The notes under the pieces are model-generated. The model was not told the DNA's origin. It saw nothing but the letters and a program-made list of their open reading frames with translations, and searched no databases. This document shows positions 52,709 to 64,000 of a DNA stretch of 64,000 bases, piece after piece. The stretch is from positions 13,022,001 to 13,086,000 of the forward strand of contig CM119371.1 of NCBI GenBank assembly GCA_051294905.1, given 5' to 3'. The DNA comes from Botryllus schlosseri (taxonomy: Eukaryota). A program made the position numbers and the translations under genes. How positions within the stretch are numbered: position 1 is the first letter of the stretch; each line of letters begins with the position of its first letter.

Positions 52709-53037
52709 TATGTTAATTCGATTCTTGCTTGGTCAATAGTTTGAGCCTTTATGAGGTAGGTCTATATTTACTAGGAAAATAATATATTGTCGAATCATAC
52801 AACTGCCGAGTAGTCTGGAACATGCACTTCTGTTCATTTGACATTGATTTAGTCGCACTTTGTTTTTCGTACCGTCATTTTTTTACGGAGTAAAATGAAA
52901 TGTTCTCAGGAAAAGCAACGCTGACATGCTGCAGCACTGCAAAATACCTACCTACCTAATCCATAGAGAGAATAACCCAATTCATTTCAGAAATCGATTC
53001 TGAAGACACATCAGTCAGACTTATAGATTACTAAGAT

Positions 53038-53736
53038 CAGGACCGGCCAACCCGTGGCCCGCCGGCCACATTTGGCCCGCGAGAAGGTTTTGAGTGGCCC
53101 GCGAGGTAATTTTAGAAATTAGTAATATTACCAAAAATGGATTGCCCAGATTGTGAACTTGCATGGCCAACCAAAAATTTGATTAGTCTGGCCGCAACAC
53201 TGGGGATGTGATGACTAAAATATCAGTTTCTACGCATAAGCAGATCAATAAAAACCAGTCAAATTTTGATAGACCTTCGTACATTACAATAAAGCAGAAT
53301 ATTCAGCAGTAGATTTATCTAAAGTAAAAATTTTCTTCCAGCTTCCTGCAATATGTTTGTCACTCGATATCTTGCTTTTAATATTGTTACCCCTTCCTGA
53401 GAATGAATGAACGCCCAATGCACCAGTTTAAGTCTAATAATCGCAATTATTTGAGAAAGTGTCGTTTAACAAGTGGCATTACGTTTGCGCTCGCAGAAAG
53501 ACAGTCGACGATGAAACATAGGTATAAAATGATTGACGCATGTTGGCCGAAGCTTTTGATATCGATATGTCCAGGCACCAGATAGTCCAGTTCATGCAAA
53601 CTGAGCCCAACAAGATACAGCAGACCCTTAATATACTCAATGCAACAATAATATTGACCAATAAACTTTGAAAATTTTTCGAGCTTGGTTCGGCAATGGA
53701 ATGTGGCCCTTTGGCCAAAAAGGTTGGCCACTCCTG
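53038..53736. mobile_element. hAT (Buster-type) MITE
   Basis: CAGGACCGGCCAACC / GGTTGGCCACTCCTG; perfect TSD ACTAAGAT; inverted homologue at 59686-60364. Confidence 0.85.
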
Positions 53737-53902
53737 ACTAAGATGAATAGATAAATAACTGCGAGCGCTCTTCGTTTAAAGTTTAAACCTTATTGTCAAT
53801 ATACAGAAATTCCTGAATGCTCCCTTACGTCGACTGTCGAATTGCTGCGGTAAAGCGAGCTTCATCGCCCGCACCTTTAACACGTGTTGAGTTGGGAGGG
53901 GA

Positions 53903-54100
53903 GGGACGCAGTGTGTGAAATGTCTGCGCTAAGACACCAATGGTGGCTGGTTCGAACCCCAATTCGTTCTAGTTTCTATATTTCCCGGAGGTCAATCGGG
54001 CACCTAATCGGTGATCCCGCTGTACTAATAGAACCTTGAAAGCCCAGTAACTCTGTGAGTCACGCTGTTAGAAGTCAGCACCAGAGACCCGTTGGATTCG
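53903..54100 (+). mobile_element. Possible tRNA-derived SINE remnant
   Basis: B-box GGTTCGAACCC near 53949 with a degenerate upstream A-box; no cloverleaf. Confidence 0.35.
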
Positions 54101-54106
54101 TGCGAG

Positions 54107-54506
54107 TAGGGTTGCATTTAAAACAAGGCCATAATTTAAAACATGTTTTTTTCCTAGTCATGAAGTCACGAATATTCAATTGTGACGTCATAGTGGATTG
54201 AAATTGACATTTGAAAATATAGGGTAGAAATAGCTCCTTTGACGAAACATATGTACTATTGCAGTTGAACAGACTATTTTGAGGGATCCAACCATATCAA
54301 TATACATCGGCTATATCGGATTTTATTTGTCAGTAGATCCATACGACATGTTTGTTGCAAAGTATTCACAAAATTATGGCATAATTTTACAACTTAAAAC
54401 AACGCAATTTTGTTTATTATAAAATGGCATTTTTTTGAAAAACGCTGCGCAAAACATGTTTTAAACAACGTGTTTTAAAACGTCGTTTGTTTTATATGCA
54501 ACCCTA
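54107..54506. mobile_element. hAT MITE
   Basis: TIR TAGGGTTGCAT; TSD CGTGCGAG/CATGCGAG; AAAACA subterminal motifs. Confidence 0.8.
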
Positions 54507-54603
54507 CATGCGAGTGAGTGAGTGACTGAAGATTGAAGGTGCACGATTGAAGGGAGTGTAGATACGAAGATACGATATCATTGAAACTCAACTGTGTCAG
54601 TAT

Positions 54604-56095
54604 CAGAGTTGGATCAATTACATTATTTCAGTTCAATTACAATTACAATTACAATTACTTTCATGCATGTTTCAATTACATTACAATTACAATTACTCCA
54701 TGCTAAAAATATCAAATTACAATTGCATTACAATTACAATTGCTACTGTTGAACATGTAATTAAATAATCATAAATTAGCCGTGCTCCTTGACAACCGTA
54801 GCGTCGTATTTAACAACAATTCAAGTCTAGTTCAGATTGTGTAGTAATAAATGCGTTTCTGTGCGTACATAGTATGCTATGTAAGATGTCAAGGTGACGT
54901 AATATAAGCGTGTTTTGTATGCTCGGTAATTAGGGCGCACGTAATTGGAAATATAAAATGTTATTTACCTAATTTCCTATGGGTTAGGATTAAGGATAGG
55001 GTGCAGTATGTCGTTGAAAAAAGTATTATAATATATGCACGTGTTGGATTTGCGTATATAGGATATAATTTTAAAAAAAAATATTTTTATCGAGGGACGT
55101 AGGAATTAGGATGAGGAGTAAAAACAAAACCGTGCTTTGTCAGATAAGACGTTATATAATATCCAGTGGTCTGGTTAGTTAGCCAGACGAAGTAACGATG
55201 CAGCATCGTGATCTGAAATCGTATTGTAGATTGCCAACCCACGGATAGATGCGCAAGATGTGAGTCAAGGATGAATGAAACCGACAAACGTACTGCAGAG
55301 CCGGCTAAAAGCAGCAAACTTTGTAGTCCTAGAGCTGGCGATCCAAGCGTCCAAATTTGATGCATCTGGTCTTTATCGTAAGCTATTGATGCACTAATTC
55401 CGAAAATACAAATTACAATCTCGTCAGGGCAATGTAGCTGCTTCAAAATAGCGGTTTAAGGCCGACTGTTCTGAAAAGTGGGAGCGTCGCAGCAGCATGA
55501 CCACAACAATGACCAATTACGCCCAGCGATTGTTCAGAACAATGCCGATTCCCAGACTTTCACGACTTTTTTGGGATGGTACCATTGCCTGGAAGTATAC
55601 ACTAGCTTTCGATTAGGAACATACATACAAAATTTCGCGCTTTGATCGCCAGTTATGGGACTATCAATTCTGCTGCTTTTAGCCGGCTCAGCAGTTCGCT
55701 TCTCGGCGTATTCAATCGTGAGTCACGTGTTGCGAATCCATCCTTTGGCTAGTAATCTAAAAATTGTATACAATGGCAGCCGAGCCCAGCATAGCGGTAA
55801 AAATAAATAAAAAAAAACTTCGCCCGCAGTCAAGGGCTTCCGCGAATGGATCCACCAAATTCCTTGTCGACATTTAAAGAGAATGCATATATAAGTCAAT
55901 TATTTTATGCTGTGCTTGTCAGGTCTCAATAGCAATTTAATGTAATTGAAATTGTAATTGAGCAAAATTTTTGTCAAATTACAATTACAATTACATACAA
56001 TAAAAATGCTTTAATTACAATTACATTACAATTACATTGAAAAATGTAATATATTACATTCAGCTCAATTACAAATTACAATTGATCCAACTCTG
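54604..56095. mobile_element. hAT non-autonomous element with (CAATTA)n subtermini and a nested inverted-repeat element
   Basis: TIR CAGAGTTGGATCAATT; perfect TSD GTCAGTAT; internal inverted pair about 55240-55330 / 55658-55745. Confidence 0.9.
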
Positions 56096-56242
56096 GTCAG
56101 TATGTCGTGATGCGCAATCCCCAAAATAGCGATAAGCGTTACTGAAATGTCGCCATTTCGGGGTAGGTTTCTCGCCGAACTATGTGTGTATTTACCAATT
56201 TTACCGTGAATGGAGAATATGATAATATTAACACGTGTTGTG

Positions 56243-56653
56243 TAGGCTTACGATACGTCCTCTTTTAAGAGGATTTGTCCTCTTTTTTGACTTTTTTGAA
56301 AGTGTCCTCGGAGGACGCCCTTTTGTCCTCTTTTTTAGGATTTAGAGCAGATTTAGAGCAAATTACGAGTGATATGCCACATATTAGCACAGAAGTGAAG
56401 CTCCGACGGGTGAAAAACGGTGATTTTAGCTCTGAGCGAAAAGATGACCTTTTATTTTTAGTCATCCACCTAGCGTTGTGGAGTAAAAAACGTTATTTTG
56501 AGATCTGAGCGGAAAAGATGACCTTTTTTTTTAGTCAACCGATCACAGTGTGGGAAAGATTAACCGATTTTTGAGAATTTCACTCCGGTTTTGCAAGTTG
56601 CAAATTTCTGAAAAAGTGTCCTCTTTTTTGATTTCCAAAATATGGTAAGCCTA
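56243..56653. mobile_element. TAGGCTTACCATA-family MITE
   Basis: TIR with one mismatch; TSD GTGTTGTG; ends 29 nt before the exon at 56683. Confidence 0.9.
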
Positions 56654-56682
56654 GTGTTGTGTGATTTCATTTAAATTGACAG

Positions 56683-56829
56683 CGACAGAGTCGCTCAATA
56701 CAGACGAATATCTCTCGACTACATATCTTGACGCCAAAGACACTTTGGATTATACAAAGACAAGCGAGGAAGGGCAAAATTTGTTCAAGAGCGTTACAGA
56801 GACTTCTGCTCTAGCAACTACGTTCAACG
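56683..56829 (+). pseudogene. Gene 2 exon: S/T-rich stalk
   Basis: ttgacag acceptor, ACG|gtttgt donor, 147 nt phase 1-1; TESLNTDEYLSTT...TETSALATTFN. Confidence 0.7.
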
Positions 56830-57966
56830 GTTTGTATTACTGTACAAGATTTGAAAATTGTGAATACTGCATTGGCAGTCATGGTTTTCCCGACCGTATT
56901 ATTACATCCCAAAGTAATGGATTTTTATATCAGCTCTCGAATTATATTAGGTGGATTCTACCCACCAACAAAAATTAATAGTTGTTTCCACTCAGAATGT
57001 ACTTATATCTTTAGGACTGGGGAAAGGGTTCTAGCGTCGTTCATGCACGGTGTGACAAACTTGATAATTCAGAAGTTCGCGGTAACAAAACAACTTTATT
57101 GAGGCCGTGCGCCTAGCATGTTATGATAAACAGTAGAACATTACAGTAATTTCCAAGATGTTTGAACATGATACCTCAAATTCAAATTTCCAGACACAAT
57201 ACTTTCACCGCGGAGGCAATACGAAGAGAACCCAAAAGACGACCAAATTCGAGTTTTTGTAGCTAAGATAATGCTAATTCGAAAGACAACTATGTTATAA
57301 ATATAAAAACATATTGGATCACTATCGCTGTCGTTGCGTGTCGAGCCATGCCGCGAACCTATATTCCTTGCATTGGTAGAGTTAACTATTCATTGACGAT
57401 ACAACGGAGAAGGACGCATATACTTAGAGTTTAGATTTAGGACTCATAGAATTATTCGGGAAGTCTGACTGGGCTAGTCTTAGGAGGCCTATTGGGGTAC
57501 AGTACTCATTATAAATGATCATTTTTTTTTGGAAACTTGTCAGCAGAGCAAAGATGGCTCCTGTTTCCGAAAAGTGAAAGCATCATCGGTATTAAATAAT
57601 TTTTGGTTGATTATATGACTGATAATTAGTGATATTGTCATATCAACCGGGCAATGGAGCCCCTGCACAACGGACACATAGTATAGTATTACAACTGAAC
57701 CCTCCTTGTCGTGCTGTAATTATGTAAACTGCGATCAGCGACAGAATAACGAAAGTCTACAAGACCCCGTCCTAAGCTAACTCTTCAAACTGCTACAGGG
57801 GTATTTTTCCATTCCTTCGATTCTAACGTTTATCCTAGTTATATGTCTTGGTCAACTCTTTGTAATTGAATATATTAATTTACGGCATCAGTTGCACGGG
57901 TAGCCATACTGAATATGATCAATAATACTATATTGAAAAACATAGCCTATACCTATAACTTTGCAG

Positions 57967-58066
57967 ATGCCGCGCCAAATCTCCGTTCGGAAGTCATCGG
58001 TGGGATAGTCGTATGTGTATTAGTGGCAATACTGATTTTAGCTATAATCATCATGTTGTACCACAG
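57967..58066 (+). pseudogene. Gene 2 exon: transmembrane helix
   Basis: ctttgcag acceptor, CAG|gtaagt donor, phase 1-2; (D)AAPNLRSEVIGGIVVCVLVAILILAIIIMLYH(R). Confidence 0.85.
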
Positions 58067-58186
58067 GTAAGTAGATGTGAGAGTACGTTATAAAATATTT
58101 TCTGGTAGCGATATTTTTATGTGACTTTATCGATGTCTTTGAGGTTATATTTACTGTGTATCACCCATACATATCCTACATATGAC

Positions 58187-58575
58187 CAATGTCCCTTCTA
58201 AGCTGCGCTTGTGCGCAGCTGCACACAACTGGCAAAGTATGCGCGCACAGAAAAATCTGTACCACACACCAAAAAAAATCATGCTATCTTTCCCAGAAGG
58301 CATTGCGGATCATCAGACCAAATTGATCACCATTTTCGATATATAAATGTACCAAATGTAGTGAAATGCCATGAAAAACTCGAATTCGAGTCAGCGAACG
58401 TCAAAGTTTTGGAAAAAATCGTGGAATTTGGTAGTCTAGTCAAAGTAATGACCTGTTTTACAGTCAACATATTTTCCTCTGTTTCCGATCTCAAAATATT
58501 ACTTACTGTTCTCCAAAGGACCTTCCAGTGAGTTGTTGAGTTCGCGCAGACTCATGACAAATCCGAGGAACATTG
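58187..58575. mobile_element. CAATGTT-family MITE, inverted relative to the other copies
   Basis: CAATGTCCC / GGAACATTG; TSD CATATGAC/TATATGAC. Confidence 0.75.
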
Positions 58576-58814
58576 TATATGACACATTTAACCCTCCACG
58601 TTGCACATGAACAATCAAACACAAGAGTCTATACAACCAATTCCCACTTTTACCAACTATATTTGATATTTGGACGCTTACGGACAATAAAATGATGAGA
58701 AACTTGCTGCCATAATGGCTAATAGTTGTTGTTTGTGGTATTTAAGGTGTTTGTCTTCTACTACTGCCATTTACACCAGCCCGATATTCTTCATTTGCAT
58801 TCCGTAACTGCCGA

Positions 58815-58990
58815 CTTATAGCACGGCCCACTAGGCTTTTTCTACGACACCGCATACGGGGATGAGATGGCAAGGAGGAGCCTAGATAAACCTTCCACAC
58901 GTAGGTAGGAATTCTGGAGCCAATCTCGGTCGGACTCGAACCCGCAACCCATTGCTGTTGCAGCTGTAGATTATACAGCGGAATAACCAA
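58815..58990 (-). mobile_element. Possible tRNA-derived SINE remnant
   Basis: Minus-strand GGTTGCGGGTTCGAGTCC (B-box) at about 58931-58949 followed by a GC-richer body. Confidence 0.35.
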
Positions 58991-59237
58991 TAACCAAAGT
59001 ATTATTATATCAAATTCATTTTTTTCGCAACTCGATAGCAGAGCGGCCTGTAACAACATTTTTATAGTTTGCCTCTTCAGTGCTCTGCAACAAACGTCGC
59101 TACAATTTTCTCTAATAGTTTCTGCAATGTTTCGGAGGTGTTTATTTACATCAACGAATATAATGTATATTTTCTGATGGATTTCGGAGTGATACTCATG
59201 AACACATTCTAATTCAATACTGTAACGGAGTCAAAAT

Positions 59238-60529
59238 CAGGGCTTTGGAGCCGGAGCCGGAGCACGGAGCCGGAGCACGGAGCCGGAGCCCCGGAGCCGT
59301 GCATTTTAACCGGAGCTGGAGCCGGAGCCGGAGCTCTACATAAAATTCAGCCGGAGCCGGAGCTGGAGCCCGTTATTTGAGGAGTAGCTCCGGCTCCGAC
59401 GTATTTCATATTATGCTATTTATTATGTATGCAACAACCACATCTGCTGATTATCATAATTGAACAGCAGGCCTGAATTTTAATGCTGTGCACAGCAATG
59501 GCATAGAGTAAAGTTGTGCGTTCTGGTGCAACTATGATGTTATCGACAATTGACAAGTATTAATTATGACGTCACAAACCGGCACGGCGGCCCCTATGTC
59601 TTCGTTGCTACATCGGATGTTACTGACGGTTAACAGACTCTAGATTACTAACTAACCTATTGGTAGATTAGTAATCTATATAGACCAGGAATGGCCAACC
59701 TTTTCGGCTAAAGGGGCACATGCAATTGACGAACGAGTGCACGGTCCACTAGCCGCGCCAAGCGGGTAAAATTTTCACAAAGTTTATAAATACGCTAGGT
59801 CAATAATATTATTACTTGAGTATATTTCGGGTCTACTGTATACCGCCCGCTCGGCTCAGTTTGCAAGGACACGACTATTCGGCGTCTGGCCATATCGATA
59901 TCGAAGGTCTCCGATAATATGCGACGATGATTTTGTGCCTACATTTCACCGTCGACGATCTTTATGCGAGCGCAAACGCGAAAAGACTTGCTCCCGTAAT
60001 TGCGAATACAGTTTGACTCAATCGGGTAAATTAGGCGTTTTTTTCATTTTCAGTAGGGGGTAGGCTACCAAGCAAGAAATCGTGTGACAATTAAACACGC
60101 GAAGCGTGAAGAAAAAATTAACTACTACTTTAGTTTATTGTAATGTACGACGATTTACTGAAAATGTGACTGGACCATGGATCTGCCAATGCGTCGGAAC
60201 TGATATTTTAGTCATCAACATCCCAAAAGTGTCGCAGCCAGACTTGTAATTTGTGGTTGGCATTGCAAGTTCACAATCTGAGCAATTCATTTTCGATAAT
60301 ATAATACGAAATTACCTCGCGGGCCACGCAAAACCGTGTCGCGGGCCACGTTTGACCACCCCTGATATAGAAAGGCCTATTCGATAATTCCAGAGCCGGA
60401 GCCGGAGCTGGAGCCGGAGCAGTGGTAATTATGTGGCTCCGGAGCTGGAGCCGGAGCTAATGTTTGATAGAAGAAAGCTCCGGAGCCGGAGCTGGAGCAG
60501 TTTAAATTTACAGCTGCTCCAAAGCCCTG
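59238..60529. mobile_element. hAT MITE with (GGAGCC)n subtermini
   Basis: Perfect TIR CAGGGCTTTGGAGC; perfect TSD GTCAAAAT. Confidence 0.9.
59686..60364. mobile_element. Nested hAT (Buster-type) MITE
   Basis: CAGGAATGGCCAAC / GTTTGACCACCCCTG; TSD ATATAGAC/ATATAGAA. Confidence 0.8.
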
Positions 60530-63296
60530 GTCAAAATGCCAGTAAATGAAAACACGGATTTGTTTTGGGTCTGTACCAACTTGATAATGTCGCAGCACGG
60601 TAAGATCTTGATAATCATCATGGAAAACACGTCAAAATACTTCCTTCAAGTGTTTGTACAAAGATTTCGTCATTTTAGGATAACAATTCTATGCTAGGGT
60701 TACCATATTTCAGCAACCTGAATTCCGGACACTCTTTAGCGCCCACTGGTTGATTTGAAAATGAGTTTTGACGTCACACAGGCAAAGCTTTTCTCATAGA
60801 CCAGAGGTGATCACGAGACCGTTCAGGAGTATGTGGCTGTGTGTTGTGTATCCAGGATCGAAAGCACATGTTTTCAGCCCCCTCCCGCCCAAATAAACAA
60901 AGATTTTGAGCCCACACTATTGGGTAATCTATGCAACTTGCCGGTGCGCACCCCGGAGCTTTATTAAAATCCCACATCTAGTGATTTCCAACCTTTTATG
61001 GTCGCGACTCTATCTCCAGTTTGAGAGTGTTCCGTGGCCCAGATCAATATTTGACGAGCTGATTACCAAAAGAAGGCGGCACCTTTGCCCAGACTTACTC
61101 ACGGGCTATTTTGGAAGCTGATTACGTTCGACATATTCGCAAACCCCAGAGTAAAGGCGAACGACCCCACGTTTGGAACCACTATCTTTGAATAAAGCAT
61201 ATAAACCAGGGGCGGGCAACATACGGCCCGCGAAGGGATTTTGTCCGGCCCGCGGACAGTTTTCCGTCCCACATGATAATGTGGCCCGCGGCCCCAGTGT
61301 TCCGAGATTCCCCACTATTTGCGTAAACGTCCAATTTAGGTGACCGTGTGTAATACAGTCAAATTTAGGTGACTGTATTACACATGTATGTGCAGCTAGC
61401 GATGGTGGTGCTCAAGTTAGTCGAAGCGAGAGACTTGCATTATCGGCATTTCCGCTGTACTCAACCTTAATGTCATTTGTGTTAATCATGGTGTTTGTCG
61501 ACTTCGATGGTCATTTACACTAGGCCGATATTTCTTATTTTTGGTTTTGTAACCGTTGACTTGTAGCACGGCTAACTTCTAGGCTTTTGTTAGACATCGC
61601 TTATGCCAGGGGTCGCCAATTCGAGACGGGTCGCGGGCCACTTTCAAATTTCGTAGAGGCTGCGGACGGCAAGAATTCAATAGAGAGATAAAAGAGGCCA
61701 CACAGTTGAACAACCAGGCTATATCTCGTCACCAACAAAACCAGGGGTGGCCAACCTGCAGCCGCAGAAGGAAATCTGTGTGCATTTGAACAATAATTCG
61801 ATTAGTATGTATTGGCGGCCGTCGACATGCAATTCGAATTTACAAATTGAGTCTCAAATTTTTCAGAGATCCTGGTTAATCTTGAAATTCAATGCGACTT
61901 CGTTCATCGATTTTGATATAGTGGCGCCTTTTGTAATCATAGCTCCACGGTACAGACGTGAACAGCAGAGGAAAATGCCATGTAGGTACTCCTCACTATA
62001 CGGACAATCTTGATGGTAAGTCAAGAAATAACAGCATGCAACAAAGTGACTAATCACAATTGGCCCACCCGAAGATGCATCATCATTTAGGCCTATAACT
62101 TGTCCAAAATTTTCGAAAAGCACACCCTCCACCAAATCTACAGGTAAATCCGATCACATGGGATGAGAAATAATATAAAAAAGACTATTATTTATGACGC
62201 AATTTATAGGTGAATCTGAAAATATTTTCGCGCTTCGCGCGATTATGTACGACGCCATGACCAGTGACCAGTGACCACTCGCGAAGTTGGTGTGTATAGT
62301 AAGCCTATGTGATTAAATAGATAGTTATTCCGGAGTTCACCGGAAACGAACATAGACACTTTTACATATGGGTATTTGGCGTCCAGATAATTCGTTACGA
62401 CTATGTCCTGGAATGCGGCCGTATAGGCCTCATGAGTAGTGGAAATGCGCCCGTGAATGGCAAAAATGTTGACCACCCATGTACTAAACCCTAATGAATT
62501 GATATCTTGGTAAATTTGAGGTAGCGGGCTTATCGAACGCCTTGAAATCCTAATTAAGGAGGGTGGTAGTCTCAATATTAAAATCAATAAATGTGATAGT
62601 AAATCGCGCGCAGCGGGAAGAAAAATATCATGCATCAGCATAAATATTCCCCAAAAAATATTGTTTTTATGCTGATTTACGAAAAAGTTATGAGCCTACG
62701 TCAAGTCTTCAAAATTCCGGACATTTTGCATATTTTAGAAATTCATAAAACTCGGTATATCAGTGAACTACACGGGCGTTTTCTGATATTCGTCCTCTAA
62801 TGTAGACAAAATCCAATATCATATCATATCATCTCATTCAAATAGTAATAATGTCAGTGCACCAGGCCCCTTTAACTGTGCCGGTGAATGTTAGTAAATC
62901 GGCATTGCTACATACAATGCCAGTGCAGAGAGGTAGCAAGCGTTACTCCAAAACACCGGCGAAGGTTGCGAGCTAGAGCAAAATTTTATTTGTCTTGGGC
63001 ATTAAATTCGAAAGAAGACAAACTAAATATGTAGCGTTAGGTCAAAATTTGTCAAAATTGTTTACAAAGTCAAACATTTTTTGACCTCTGCATTTCGTTT
63101 GTATCGTATATTTTGCGCTGTCGGTGAACTTATCATTTCATATTTTACAGCTTGTAGCCTACTTTATAGGCCTACCGTTGTAAACGGACCATCGTCTGCT
63201 CATTGTGAATCATAAATGGTCAAATGAAACAAATAGTGACATGGTTTTATGGTCAACGCACCGCAATATCCTAGCTGAAGCAAGACTGCTTGGACA

Positions 63297-63533
63297 TTGC
63301 ATGGTTCTTATATCAAGAAGCGCAAGCTGAAAAATTGTGATATAGACAACATTGTCAGAATGAAGCAACACGGTTTGTCACCAGCAGTGTGCACACAACT
63401 TGAGTGTTGTCAGCCAACAAATGCTGCTATTGAACGTTCTTTCTCCGTTCTTGGCAAGCTACGTAGTAAGGACAGACACTTTCTACCCGAGAATGTAGGA
63501 AAGGATCTTTCGTTGTACTACAACAAATTTTGA
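63297..63533 (+). pseudogene. hAT-family transposase C-terminal (dimerisation) fragment
   Basis: QPTNAAIERSFSVLGKLRSKDRHFLPENV matches the hAT C-terminal ERxFS motif; AGGTCAAA subterminal repeats follow at 63750-63845. Confidence 0.8.
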
Positions 63534-64000
63534 TTATTTCCACCAGAATACGTAATGTAACTACTGGAATTCTTCATAGGGCCAGATTTCGTTAAAATAC
63601 TAGTTTTTCATGTAAAAATTTGTCAGTTTTTGAGCCAAAAACGTTTTTTCATGCCAATCTACTTTGTAAGGACAGACAGTTCCAACCAGAAATGAAGATA
63701 AGTAGTACAATTTTAACATTACATGCGAAAACACATAATTTGCATACGTGAGGTCGAAATTTGGTCAAATTTCAGATTTTTCAGGTCAATAAAGGTCAAA
63801 ATTTAGATTTTTTAGGTCAAAATCTTCCGTTTTTTAGGTCACAAAAAATTGCCTTCATGATGAGTAATGGTGACCCCAGAAAATGTTAAGTCGTCACTAT
63901 GCTACCTGTTGCCGCACTGATGGTATACGGTGCTAACTGTGAATACTCATTTTTGAAGTCAAATTGTCTTTAATTAATTGAAAACCGACTGTCGAAAACA

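Noticed and set aside
57544..57588. Extra 45-nt phase 1-1 exon of gene 2
   Set aside because: Frame-compatible but too short and weak to support without transcripts
57645..57690. U6 3' half or TSP1/sushi motif
   Set aside because: Only a short chance-level resemblance, followed by stops
58746..59180. Cytoplasmic exons of gene 2
   Set aside because: Candidate acceptors exist but the peptides are uninformative and cannot be discriminated

Overview
AT-rich eukaryotic (animal, probably invertebrate) genomic DNA, intron-containing and dominated by transposable elements. Most ORFs in the supplied track are spurious. I reconstructed two spliced + strand genes by hand. (1) The 3' part of a gene (six phase-compatible GT-AG exons, 424-12453) encoding an unidentified, possibly degenerate-LRR protein. 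(2) A type I membrane protein with a SUEL/rhamnose-binding-lectin domain, an S/T-rich stalk and a TM helix (about 48.8-58.1 kb), which carries an in-frame TAA and is probably a pseudogene. The centre holds two copies of one CACTA/EnSpm-like DNA transposon (22099-28231 and 34320-45105; ends CACTCTAAAT...ATTTAGAGTG flanked by TA). Both carry an 80-bp satellite, which is recently expanded and homogenised in copy 1 and interrupted in copy 2 by a full-length but decayed Mag-like Ty3/Gypsy LTR retrotransposon (39602-44423, 254-bp LTRs, GTTTC TSD). About 20 hAT-type non-autonomous elements are present, most with readable 8-bp TSDs and several nested. There is also a MULE-like element and a 3'-truncated U6 snRNA copy inside a nested transposon. 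No rRNA, intact tRNA or CRISPR array was found. All coordinates were read by eye and no database searches were run.
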